Program-made: the position numbers and the translations under genes
Notes under the pieces: model-generated
Database searches by the model: none
Told to the model about the DNA's origin: nothing
Seen by the model: only the letters and a program-made list of their open reading frames with translations
Shown: piece by piece, positions 13,101-25,100 of the stretch
Position numbering within the stretch: position 1 is the stretch's first letter
Layout: each line of letters starts with the position of its first letter
Assembly (NCBI GenBank): GCA_964016885.1
Contig: OZ024741.1
Location: forward strand, 34,410,001-34,474,000
Origin: Eledone cirrhosa
Lineage: Eukaryota
Reading direction: 5' to 3'
DNA: 64,000 nt

Positions 13101-16100
13101 TGTGTGAGGTGTAGTGTAGTAAGTCAAGGTATGTTGTGTGAGGTGTAGTGTAGTAGGTCAAGGTATGTTGTGTGAGGTATAGTGTAGTAAGTGAAGGTAT
13201 GTTGTGTGAGGTGTAGTGTAGTAGGTCAAGGTATGTTGTGTGAGGTGTAGTGTAGTAAGTCAAGGTATGTTGTGTGAGGTGTAGTGTAGTAAGTGAAGGT
13301 ATGTTGTGTGAGGTGTAGTAAGTCAAGGTATGTTGTGTGAGGGGTAGTGTAGTAAGTCAAGGTATGTTGTGTGAGGTGTAGTGTAGTAAGTGAAGGTATG
13401 TTGTGTGAGGTGTAGTGTAGTAAGTCAAGGTATGTTGTGTGAGGTGTAGTGTAGTAAGTGAAGGTATGTTGTGTGAGGTGTAGTGTAGTAAGTCAAGGTA
13501 TGTTGTGTGAGGTGTAGTGTAGTAAGTCAAGGTATGTTGTGTGAGGTGTAGTGTAGTAAGTCAAGGTATGTTGTGTGAGGTGTAGTGTAGTAAGTGAAGG
13601 TATGTTGTGTGAGGTGTAGTGTAGTAAGTCAAGGTATGTTGTGTGAGGTGTAGTGTAGTAAGTCAAGGTATGTTGTGTGAGGTGTAGTGTAGTAAGTGAA
13701 GGTATGTTGTGTGAGGTGTAGTGTAGTAAGTCAAGGTATGTTGTGTGAGGTGTAGTGTAGTAGGTCAAGGTATGTTGTGTGAGGTGTAGTGTAGTAAGTC
13801 AAGGTATGTTGTGTGAGGTGTAGTGTAGTAAGTGAAGGTATGTTGTGTGAGGTGTAGTGTAGTAAGTCAAGGTATGTTGTGTGAGGTGTAGTGTAGTAAG
13901 GTCAAGGTATGTTGTGTGAGGTGTAGTGTAGTAAGTCAAGGTATGTTGTGTGAGGTGTAGTGTAGTAGGTCAAGGTATGTTGTGTGAGGTGTAGTGTAGT
14001 AAGTCAAGGTATGTTGTGTGAGGTGTAGTGTAGTAAGTCAAGGTATGTTGTGTGAGGTGTAGTGTAGTAAGTCAAGGTATGTTGTGTGAGGTGTAGTGTA
14101 GTAAGTGAAGGTATGTTGTGTGAGGTGTAGTGTAGTAAGTCAAGGTATGTTGTGTGAGGTGTAGTGTAGTAAGTGAAGGTATGTTGTGTGAGGTGTAGTG
14201 TAGTAAGTCAAGGTATGTTGTGTGAGGTGTAGTGTAGTAAGTCAAGGTATGTTGTGTGAGGTGTAGTGTAGTAAGTCAAGGTATGTTGTGTGAGGTGTAG
14301 TGTAGTAAGTGAAGGTATGTTGTGTGAGGTGTAGTGTAGTAAGTCAAGGTATGTTGTGTGAGGTGTAGTGTAGTAAGTCAAGGTATGTTGTGTGAGGTGT
14401 AGTGTAGTAAGTGAAGGTCTGTTGTGTGAGGTGTAGTGTAGTAAGTCAAGGTATGTTGTGTGAGGTGTAGTGTAGTAGGTCAAGGTATGTTGTGTGAGGT
14501 GTAGTGTAGTAAGTCAAGGTATGTTGTGTGAGGTGTAGTGTAGTAAGTGAAGGTATGTTGTGTGAGGTGTAGTGTAGTAAGTCAAGGTATGTTGTGTGAG
14601 GTGTAGTGTAGTAGGTCAAGGTATGTTGTGTGAGGTGTAGTGTAGTAAGTCAAGGTATGTTGTGTGAGGTGTAGTGTAGTAGGTCAAGGTATGTTGTGTG
14701 AGGTGTAGTGTAGTAGGTCAAGGTATGTTGTGTGAGGTGTAGTGTAGTAAGTCAAGGTATGTTGTGTGAGGTGTAGTGTAGTAAGTCAAGGTATGTTGTG
14801 TGAGGTGTAGTGTAGTAAGTGAAGGTATGTTGTGTGAGGTGTAGTGTAGTAAGTCGAAGGTATGTTGTGTGAGGTGTAGTGTAGTAAGTCAAGGTATGTT
14901 GTGTGAGGTGTAGTGTAGTAGGTCAAGGTATGTTGTGTGAGGTGTAGTGTAGTAAGTCAAGGTATGTTGTGTGAGGTGTAGTGTAGTAAGTCAAGGTATG
15001 TTGTGTGAGGTGTAGTGTAGTAAGTGAAGGTATGTTGTGTGAGGTGTAGTGTAGTAAGTCAAGGTATGTTGTGTGAGGTGTGTGTAGTAAGTCAAGGTAT
15101 GTTGTGTGAGGTGTAGTGGAGTAAGTGAAGGTATGTTGTGTGAGGTGTAGTGTAGTAGGTCAAGGTATGTTGTGTGAGGTGTAGTGTAGTAAGTCAAGGT
15201 ATGTTGTGTGAGGTGTAGTGTAGTAAGTGAAGGTATGTTGTGTGAGGTGTAGTGTAGTAAGTCAAGGTATGTTGTGTGAGGTGTAGTGTAGTAAGTGAAG
15301 GTATGTTGTGTGAGGTGTAGTGTAGTAAGTCAAGGTATGTTGTGTGAGGTGTAGTGTAGTAAGTGAAGGTATGTTGTGTGAGGTGTAGTAAGTCAAGGTA
15401 TGTTGTGTGAGGTGTAGTGTAGTAAGTCAAGATATGTTGTGTGAGGGTGTAGTAAGTGAAGGTATGTTGTGTGAGGTGTAGTGTAGTAGGTCAAGGTATG
15501 TTGTGTGAGGTGTAGTGTAGTAAGTGAAGGTATGTTGTGTGAGGTGTAGTGTAGTAAGTCAAGGTATGTTGTGTGAGGTGTAGTGTAGTAGGTCAAGGTA
15601 TGTTGTGTGAGGTGTAGTGTAGTAAGTCAAGGTATGTTGTGTGAGGTGTAGTGTAGTAAGTCAAGGTATGTTGTGTGAGGTGTAGTGTAGTAAGTCAAGG
15701 TATGTTGTGTGAGGTGTAGTAAGTCAAGGTATGTTGTGTGAGGTGTAGTAAGTGAAGGTATGTTGTGTGAGGTGTAGTGTAGTAAGTCAAGGTATGTTGT
15801 GTGAGGTGTAGTGTAGTAAGTGAAGGTATGTTGTGTGAGGTGTAGTGTAGTAAGTCAAGGTATGTTGTGTGAGGTGTAGTGTAGTAAGTCAAGGTATGTT
15901 GTGTGAGGTGTAGTGTAGTAAGTCAAGGTATGTTGTGTGAGGTGTAGTGTAGTAAGTCAAGGTATGTTGTGTGAGGTGTAGTGTAGTAAGTCAAGGTATG
16001 TTGTGTGAGGTGTAGTGTAGTAAGTGAAGGTATGTTGTGTGAGGTGTAGTGTAGTAAGTCAAGGTATGTTGTGTGAGGTGTAGTGTAGTAAGTGAAGGTA

Positions 16101-19100
16101 TGTTGTGTGAGGTGTAGTGTAGTAAGTCAAGGTATGTTGTGTGAGGTGTAGTGTAGTAAGTCAAGGTATGTTGTGTGAGGTGTAGTGTAGTAAGTCAAGG
16201 TATGTTGTGTGAGGTGTAGTGTAGTAAGTCAAGGTATGTTGTGTGAGGTGTAGTGTAGTAAGTCAAGGTATGTTGTGTGAGGTGTAGTGTAGTAAGTCAA
16301 GGTATGTTGTGTGAGGTGTAGTGTAGTAAGTCAAGGTATGTTGTGTGAGGTGTAGTGTAGTAAGTCAAGGTATGTTGTGTGAGGTGTAGTGTAGTAAGTG
16401 AAGGTATGTTGTGTGAGGTGTAGTGTAGTAAGTGAAGGTATGTTGTGTGAGGTGTAGTGTAGTAAGTGAAGGTATGTTGTGTGAGGTGTAGTGTAGTAAG
16501 TCAAGGTATGTTGTGTGAGGTGTAGTGTAGTAAGTCAAGGTATGTTGTGTGAGGTGTAGTGTAGTAAGTCAAGGTATGTTGTGTGAGGTGTAGTGTAGTA
16601 AGTCAAGGTATGTTGTGTGAGGTGTAGTGTAGTAAGTCAAGGTATGTTGTGTGAGGTGTAGTGTAGTAAGTCAAGGTATGTTGTGTGAGGTGTAGTGTAG
16701 TAAGTCAAGGTATGTTGTGTGAGGTGTAGTGTAGTAAGTCAAGGTATGTTGTGTGAGGTGTAGTGTAGTAAGTCAAGGTATGTTGTGTGAGGTGTAGTGT
16801 AGTAAGTGAAGGTATGTTGTGTGAGGTGTAGTGTAGTAAGTGAAGGTATGTTGTGTGAGGTGTAGTGTAGTAAGTCAAGGTATGTTGTGTGAGGTGTAGT
16901 GTAGTAAGTCAAGGTATGTTGTGTGAGGTGTAGTGTAGTAAGTCAAGGTATGTTGTGTGAGGTGTAGTGTAGTAAGTCAAGGTATGTTGTGTGAGGTGTA
17001 GTGTAGTAAGTCAAGGTATGTTGTGTGAGGTGTAGTGTAGTAAGTCAAGGTATGTTGTGTGAGGTGTAGTGTAGTAAGGTCAAGGTATGTTGTGTGAGGT
17101 GTAGTGTAGTAAGTGAAGGTATGTTGTGTGAGGTGTAGTGTAGTAAGTGAAGGTATGTTGTGTGAGGTGTAGTGTAGTAAGTCAAGGTATGTTGTGTGAG
17201 GTGTAGTGTAGTAAGTCAAGGTATGTTGTGTGAGGTGTAGTGTAGTAAGTCAAGGTATGTTGTGTGAGGTGTAGTGTAGTAAGTCAAGGTATGTTGTGTG
17301 AGGTGTAGTGTAGTAAGTCAAGGTATGTTGTGTGAGGTGTAGTGTAGTAAGTCAAGGTATGTTGTGTGAGGTGTAGTGTAGTAAGTCAAGGTATGTTGTG
17401 TGAGGTGTAGTGTAGTAAGTCAAGGTATGTTGTGTGAGGTGTAGTGTAGTAAGTCAAGGTATGTTGTGTGAGGTGTAGTGTAGTAAGTCAAGGTATGTTG
17501 TGTGAGGTGTAGTGTAGTAAGTCAAGGTATGTTGTGTGAGGTGTAGTGTAGTAAGTCAAGGTATGTTGTGTGAGGTGTAGTGTAGTAAGTCAAGGTATGT
17601 TGTGTGAGGTGTAGTGTAGTAAGTCAAGGTATGTTGTGAGGTGAGTGTAGTAAGTGAAGGTATGTTGTGTGAGGTGTAGTGTAGTAAGTGAAGGTATGTT
17701 GTGTGAGGTGTAGTGTAGTAAGTGAAGGTATGTTGTGTGAGGTGTAGTGTAGTAAGTGAAGGTATGTTGTGTGAGGTGTAGTGTAGTAAGTGAAGGTATG
17801 TTGTGTGAGGTGTAGTGTAGTAAGTCAAGGTATGTTGTGTGAGGTGTAGTGTAGTAAGTCAAGGTATGGTGTGTGAGGTGTAGTGTAGTAAGTCAAGGTA
17901 TGGTGTGTGAGGTAGTGTAGTAAGTCAAGGTATGGTGTGTGAGGTGTAGTGTAGTAAGTCAAGGTATGTTGTGTGAGGTGTAGTGTAGTAAGTCAAGGTA
18001 TGTTGTGTGAGGTGTAGTGTAGTAAGTCAAGGTATGTTGTGTGAGGTGTAGTGTAGTAAGTGAAGGTATGTTGTGTGAGGTGTAGTGTAGTAAGTGAAGG
18101 TATGTTGTGTGAGGTGTAGTAGTAGTCAAGGTATGTTGTGTGAGGTGTAGTGTAGTAAGTGAAGGTATGTTGTGTGAGGTGTAGTGTAGTAAGTCAAGGT
18201 ATGTTGTGTGAGGTGTAGTGTAGTAAGTCAAGGTATGTTGTGTGAGGTGTAGTGTAGTAAGTCAAGGTATGTTGTGTGAGGTGTAGTGTAGTAAGTCAAG
18301 GTATGTTGTGTGAGGTGTAGTGTAGTAGGTCAAGGTATGTTGTGTGAGGTGTAGTGTAGTAAGTGAAGGTATGTTGTGTGAGGTGTAGTGTAGTAAGTGA
18401 AGGTATGTTGTGTGAGGTGTAGTGTAGTAGTCAAGGTATGTTGTGTGAGGTGTAGTGTAGTAGGTCAAGGTATGTTGTGTGAGGTGTAGTGTAGTAAGTG
18501 AAGGTATGTTGTGTGAGGTGTAGTGTAGTAGGTCAAGGTATGTTGTGTGAGGTGTAGTGTAGTAGGTCAAGGTATGTTGTGTGAGGTGTAGTGTAGTAAG
18601 TGAAGGTATGTTGTGTGAGGTGTAGTGTAGTAAGTCAAGGTATGTTGTGTGAGGTGTAGTGTAGTAAGTCAAGGTATGTTGTGTGAGGTGTAGTGTAGTA
18701 AGTCAAGGTATGTTGTGTGAGGTGTAGTGTAGTAAGTCAAGGTATGTTGTGTGAGGTGTAGTGTAGTAGGTCAAGGTATGTTGTGTGAGGTGTAGTGTAG
18801 TAAGTGAAGGTATGTTGTGTGAGGTGTAGTGTAGTAAGTGAAGGTATGTTGTGTGAGGTGTAGTGTAGTAAGTTCAAGGTATGTTGTGTGAGGTGTAGTG
18901 TAGTAAGTCAAGGTATGTTGTGTGAGGTGTAGTGTAGTAAGTGAAGGTATGTTGTGTGAGGTGTAGTGTAGTAAGTCAAGGTATGTTGTGTGAGGTGTAG
19001 TGTAGTAAGTCAAGGTATGTTGTGTGAGGTGTAGTGTAGTAGGTAATGGTATGTTGTGTGAGGTGTAGTGTAGTAAGTCAAGGTATATTGTGTGAGGTGT

Positions 19101-22100
19101 AGTGTAGTAAGTCAAGGTATGTTGTGTGAGGTGTAGTGTAGTAGGTAAAGGTATGTTGTGTGAGGTGTAGTGTAGTAAGTGAAGGTATGGTGTGTGAGGT
19201 GTAGTGTAGTAGGTCAAGGTANNNNNNNNNNNNNNNNNNNNNNNNNNNNNNNNNNNNNNNNNNNNNNNNNNNNNNNNNNNNNNNNNNNNNNNNNNNNNNN
19301 NNNNNNNNNNNNNNNNNNNNNNNNNNNNNNNNNNNNNNNNNNNNNNNNNNNNNNNNNNNNNNNNNNNNNNNNNNNNNNNNNNNNNNNNNNNNNNNNNNNN
19401 NNNNNNNNNNNNNNNNNNNNNTATGTTGTGTGGAGGTGTAGTGTAGTAAGTCAAGGTATGTTGTGTGAGGTGTAGTGTAGTAAGTGAAGGTATGTTGTGT
19501 GAGGTGTAGTGTAGTAAGTCAAGGTATGTTGTGTGAGGTGTAGTGTAGTAGGTCAAGGTATGTTGTGTGAGGTGTAGTGTAGTAAGTCAAGGTATGTTGT
19601 GTGAGGTGTAGTGTAGTAGGTCAAGGTATGTTGTGTGAGGTGTAGTGTAGTAAGTCAAGGTATGTTGTGTGAGGTGTAGTGTAGTAAGTGAAGGTATGTT
19701 GTGTGAGGTGTAGTGTAGTAAGTCAAGGTATGTTGTGTGAGGTGTAGTGTAGTAAGTCAAGGTATGTTGTGTGAGGTGTAGTGTAGTAAGTCAAGGTATG
19801 TTGTGTGAGGTGTAGTGTAGTAAGTCAAGGTATGTTGTGTGAGGTGTAGTGTAGTAAGGTCAAGGTATGTTGTGTGAGGTGTAGTGTAGTAAGTCAAGGT
19901 ATGTTGTGTGAGGTGTAGTGTAGTAAGGTCAAGGTATGTTGTGTGAGGTGTAGTGTAGTAAGTCAAGGTATGTTGTGTGAGGTGTAGTGTAGTAAGTTCA
20001 AGGTATGTTGTGTGAGGTGTAGTGTAGTAAGTCAAGGTATGTTGTGTGAGGTGTAGTGTAGTAGGTCAAGGTATGTTGTGTGAGGTGTAGTGTAGTAAGT
20101 CAAGGTATGTTGTGTGAGGTGTAGTGTAGTAAGTCAAGGTATGTTGTGTGAGGTGTAGTGTAGTAAGTCAAGGTATGTTGTGTGAGGTGTAGTGTAGTAG
20201 GTCAAGGTATGTTGTGTGAGGTGTAGTGTAGTAAGGTCAAGGTATGTTGTGTGAGGTGTAGTGTAGTAAGTCAAGGTATGTTGTGTGAGGTGTAGTGTAG
20301 TAAGTCAAGGTATGTTGTGTGAGGTGTAGTGTAGTAAGTCAAGGTATGTTGTGTGAGGTGTAGTGTAGTAAGTGAAGGTATGTTGTGTGAGGTGTAGTGT
20401 AGTAAGTCAAGGTATGTTGTGTGAGGTGTAGTGTAGTAAGTCAAGGTATGTTGTGTGAGGTGTAGTGTAGTAGTCAAGGTATGTTGTGTGAGGTGTAGTG
20501 TAGTAAGTGAAGGTATGTTGTGTGAGGTGTAGTGTAGTAAGTGAAGGTAATGTTGTGTGAGGTGTAGTGTAGTAAGTGCAAGGTATGTTGTGTGAGGTGT
20601 AGTGTAGTAAGTGAAGGTATGTTGTGTGAGGTGTAGTGTAGTAAGTGAAGGTATGTTGTGTGAGGTGTAGTGTAGTAAGTCAAGGTATGTTGTGGTGAGG
20701 TAGAGTGTAGGTAGTGTAGTAAGGTCAAGGTATGTTGTGTGGTGAGGTGTAGTAGTGTAGAGTAGGTAAGTTGTTGTGTGAGGTGTAGTGTAGTAGGTCA
20801 AGGTATGTTGTGTGAGGTGTAGTGTAGTAAGTCAAGGTATGTTGTGTGAGGTGTAGTGTAGTAAGGTCAAGGTATGTTGTGTGAGGTGTAGTGTAGTAAG
20901 TCAAGGTATGTTGTGTGAGGTGTAGTGTAGTAAGGTCAAGGTATGTTGTGTGAGGTGTAGTGTAGTAAGTCAAGGTATGTTGTGTGAGGTGTAGTGTAGT
21001 AAGTCAAGGTATGTTGTGTGAGGTGTAGTGTAGTAAGTCAAGGTATGTTGTGGTGAGGTGTAGTGTAGTAAGTCAAGGTATGTTGTGTGAGGTGTAGTGT
21101 AGTAAGGTCAAGGTATGTTGTGTGAGGTGTAGTGTAGTAAGTCGAAGGTATGTTGTGTGAGGTGTAGTGTAGTAAGTGAAGGTATGTTGTGTGAGGTATG
21201 TTGTGTGAGTGAAGGTATGTTGTGTGAGGTGTAGTGTAGTAGTGAAGGTATGTTGTGTGAGGTGTAGTGTAGTAAGTCAAGGTATGTTGTGTGAGGTGTA
21301 GTGTAGTAAGTGAAGGTATGTTGTGTGAGGTGTAGTGTAGTAAGTAGGTATGTTGTGTGAGGTGTAGTGTAGTGTAAGTAGTGTGAGGTGTGTAGTTGTG
21401 TGAGGTGTAGTGTAGTAAGGTATGTTGTGTGAGGTGTAGTGTAGTAAGTGAGGTATGTGTGTGAGTGTAGTGTAGTAGTAAGGTATGGTTGTGTGAGGTG
21501 TAGTGTAGTAAGTCAAGGTATGTTGTGTGAGGTGTAGTGTAGTAAGTCAAGGTATGTTGTGAGGTGTAGTGAGTAGGTGTAGTGTAGGTAGTGAAGGTAA
21601 GGTTGTTGTGAGGTGTAGTGTAGTAAGTCAAGGTATGTTGTGTGAGGTGTAGTGTAGTAAGTCAAGGTATGTTGTGTGAGGTGTAGTGTAGTAAGTCAAG
21701 GTATGTTGTGTGAGGTGTAGTGTGAGTAAGTCAAGGTATGTTGTGTGAGGTGTAGTGTAGTAAGTCAAGGTATGTTGTGTGAGGTGTAGTGTAGTAAGTC
21801 AAGGTATGTTGTGTGGTGAGGTGTAGGTAGTGTAGTAAGTGTAGTGTAGTGTAGTGAGTTAGTAGGTAGGTGTAGTAGTGTAGTAAGGTATGTTGTGTGA
21901 GGTGTAGTGTAGTAAGTCAAGGTATGTTGTGTGAGGGTGTAGGTAGTAAGTCAAGGTATGTTGTGTGAGGTGTAGTGTAGTAAGTGAAGGTATGTTGTGT
22001 GAGGTGTAGTGTAGTAAGTCAAGGTATGTTGTGTGAGGTGTAGTGTAGTAAGTGAAGGTATGTTGTGTGAGGTGTAGTGTAGTAAGTCAAGGTATGTTGT

Positions 22101-25100
22101 GTGAGGTGTAGTGTAGTAAGTCAAGGTATGTTGTGTGAGGTGTAGTGTAGTAAGTCAAGGTATGTTGTGTGAGGTGTAGTGTAGTAAGTCAAGGTATGTT
22201 GTGTGAGGTGTAGTGTAGTAAGTGAAGGTATGTTGTGTGAGGTGTAGTGTAGTAAGTCAAGGTATGTTGTGTGAGGTGTAGTGTAGTAAGTGAAGGTATG
22301 TTGTGTGAGGTGTAGTGTAGTAAGTCAAGGTATGTTGTGTGAGGTGTAGTGTAGTAAGTCAAGGTATGTTGTGTGAGGTGTAGTGTAGTAAGTGAAGGTA
22401 TGTTGTGTGAGGTGTAGTGTAGTAAGTCAAGGTATGTTGTGTGAGGTGTAGTGTAGTAAGTCAAGGTATGTTGTGTGAGGTGTAGTGTAGTAAGTCAAGG
22501 TATGTTGTGTGAGGTGTAGTGTAGTAAGTGAAGGTATGTTGTGTGAGGTGTAGTGTAGTAAGTCAAGGTATGTTGTGTGAGGTGTAGTGTAGTAAGTGAA
22601 GGTATGTTGTGTGAGGTGTAGTGTAGTAAGTCAAGGTATGTTGTGTGAGGTGTAGTGTAGTAAGTCAAGGTATGTTGTGTGAGGTGTAGTGTAGTAAGTG
22701 AAGGTATGTTGTGTGAGGTGTAGTGTAGTAAGTCAAGGTATGTTGTGTGAGGTGTAGTGTAGTAAGTCAAGGTATGTTGTGTGAGGTGTAGTGTAGTAAG
22801 TCGAAGGTATGTTGTGTGAGGTGTAGTGTAGTAAGTCAAGGTATGTTGTGTGAGGTGTAGTGTAGTAAGTCAAGGTATGTTGTGTGAGGTGTAGTGTAGT
22901 AAGTCAAGGTATGTTGTGTGAGGTGTAGTGTAGTAAGTCAAGGTATGTTGTGTGAGGTGTAGTGTAGTAAGTCAAGGTATGTTGTGTGAGGTGTAGTGTA
23001 GTAAGTCAAGGTATGTTGTGTGAGGTGTAGTGTAGTAAGTGAAGGTATGTTGTGTGAGGTGTAGTGTAGTAAGTCAAGGTATGTTGTGTGAGGTGTAGTG
23101 TAGTAAAGTGAAGGTATGTTGTGTGAGGTGTAGTGTAGTAAGTCAAGGTATGTTGTGTGAGGTGTAGTGTAGTAAGTCAAGGTATGTTGTGTGAGGTGTA
23201 GTGTAGTAAGTCAAGGTATGTTGTGTGAGGTGTAGTGTAGTAAGTCAAGGTATGTTGTGTGAGGTGTAGTGTAGTAAGTGAAGGTATGTTGTGTGAGGTG
23301 TAGTGTAGTAAGTCAAGGTATGTTGTGTGAGGTGTAGTGTAGTAAGTGAAGGTATGTTGTGTGAGGTGTAGTGTAGTAGGTCAAGGTATGTTGTGTGAGG
23401 TGTAGTGTAGTAAGTCAAGGTATGTTGTGTGAGGTGTAGTGTAGTAAGTCAAGGTATGTTGTGTGAGGTGTAGTGTAGTAAGTGAAGGTATGTTGTGTGA
23501 GGTGTAGTGTAGTAAGTCAAGGTATGTTGTGTGAGGTGTAGTGTAGTAAGTCAAGGTATGTTGTGTGAGGTGTAGTGTAGTAGGTCAAGGTATGTTGTGT
23601 GAGGTGTAGTGTAGTAAGTCAAGGTATGTTGTGTGAGGTGTAGTGTAGTAAGTGAAGGTATGTTGTGTGAGGTGTAGTGTAGTAAGGTCAAGGTATGTTG
23701 TGTGAGGTGTAGTGTAGTAAGTCAAGGTATGTTGTGTGAGGTGTAGTGTAGTAAGTCAAGGTATGTTGTGTGAGGTGTAGTGTAGTAAGGTCAAGGTATG
23801 TTGTGTGAGGTGTAGTGTAGTAAGTCAAGGTATGTTGTGTGAGGTGTAGTGTAGTAAGTGAAGGTATGTTGTGTGAGGTGTAGTGTAGTAAGTCAAGGTA
23901 TGTTGTGTGAGGTGTAGTGTAGTAAGTGAAGGTATGTTGTGTGAGGTGTAGTGTAGTAAGTCAAGGTATGTTGTGTGAGGTGTAGTGTAGTAAGTCAAGG
24001 TATGTTGTGTGAGGTGTAGTGTAGTAAGTGAAGGTATGTTGTGTGAGGTGTAGTGTAGTAGGTCAAGGTATGTTGTGTGAGGTGTAGTGTAGTAGGTCAA
24101 GGTATGTTGTGTGAGGTGTAGTGTAGTAAGTCAAGGTATGTTGTGTGAGGTGTAGTGTAGTAAGTGAAGGTATGTTGTGTGAGGTGTAGTGTAGTAGGTC
24201 AAGGTATGTTGTGTGAGGTGTAGTGTAGTAAGTCAAGGTATGTTGTGTGAGGTGTAGTGTAGTAAGTGAAGGTATGTTGTGTGAGGTGTAGTGTAGTAAG
24301 TCAAGGTATGTTGTGTGAGGTGTAGTGTAGTAAGTGAAGGTATGTTGTGTGAGGTGTAGTGTAGTAGGTCAAGGTATGTTGTGTGAGGTGTAGTGTAGTA
24401 AGTCAAGGTATGTTGTGTGAGGTGTAGTGTAGTAAGTGAAGGTATGTTGTGTGAGGTGTAGTGTAGTAAGGTCAAGGTATGTTGTGTGAGGTGTAGTGTA
24501 GTAAGTCAAGGTATGTTGTGTGAGGTGTAGTGTAGTAAGTGAAGGTATGTTGTGTGAGGTGTAGTGTAGTAGGTCAAGGTATGTTGTGTGAGGTGTAGTG
24601 TAGTAAGTCAAGGTATGTTGTGTGAGGTGTAGTGTAGTAAGTGAAGGTATGTTGTGTGAGGTGTAGTGTAGTAGGTCAAGGTATGTTGTGTGAGGTGTAG
24701 TGTAGTAAGTCAAGGTATGTTGTGTGAGGTGTAGTGTAGTAAGTGAAGGTATGTTGTGTGAGGTGTAGTGTAGTAGGTCAAGGTATGTTGTGTGTGAGGT
24801 GTAGTGTAGTAAGTCAAGGTATGTTGTGTGAGGTGTAGTGTAGTAAGTCAAGGTATGTTGTGTGAGGTGTAGTGTAGTAAGTGAAGGTATGTTGTGTGAG
24901 GTGTAGTGTAGTAGGTCAAGGTATGTTGTGTGAGGTGTAGTGTAGTAAGTCAAGGTATGTTGTGTGAGGTGTAGTGTAGTAAGTGAAGGTATGTTGTGTG
25001 AGGTGTAGTGTAGTAGGTCAAGGTATGTTGTGTGAGGTGTAGTGTAGTAAGGTCAAGGTATGTTGTGTGAGGTGTAGTGTAGTAAGTGAAGGTATGTTGT

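Noticed and set aside
20460-21960. Scrambled, indel-rich zone within the satellite
   Set aside because: Non-recurring indels close to an assembly gap look like low-quality consensus rather than biology; this cannot be settled without reads.
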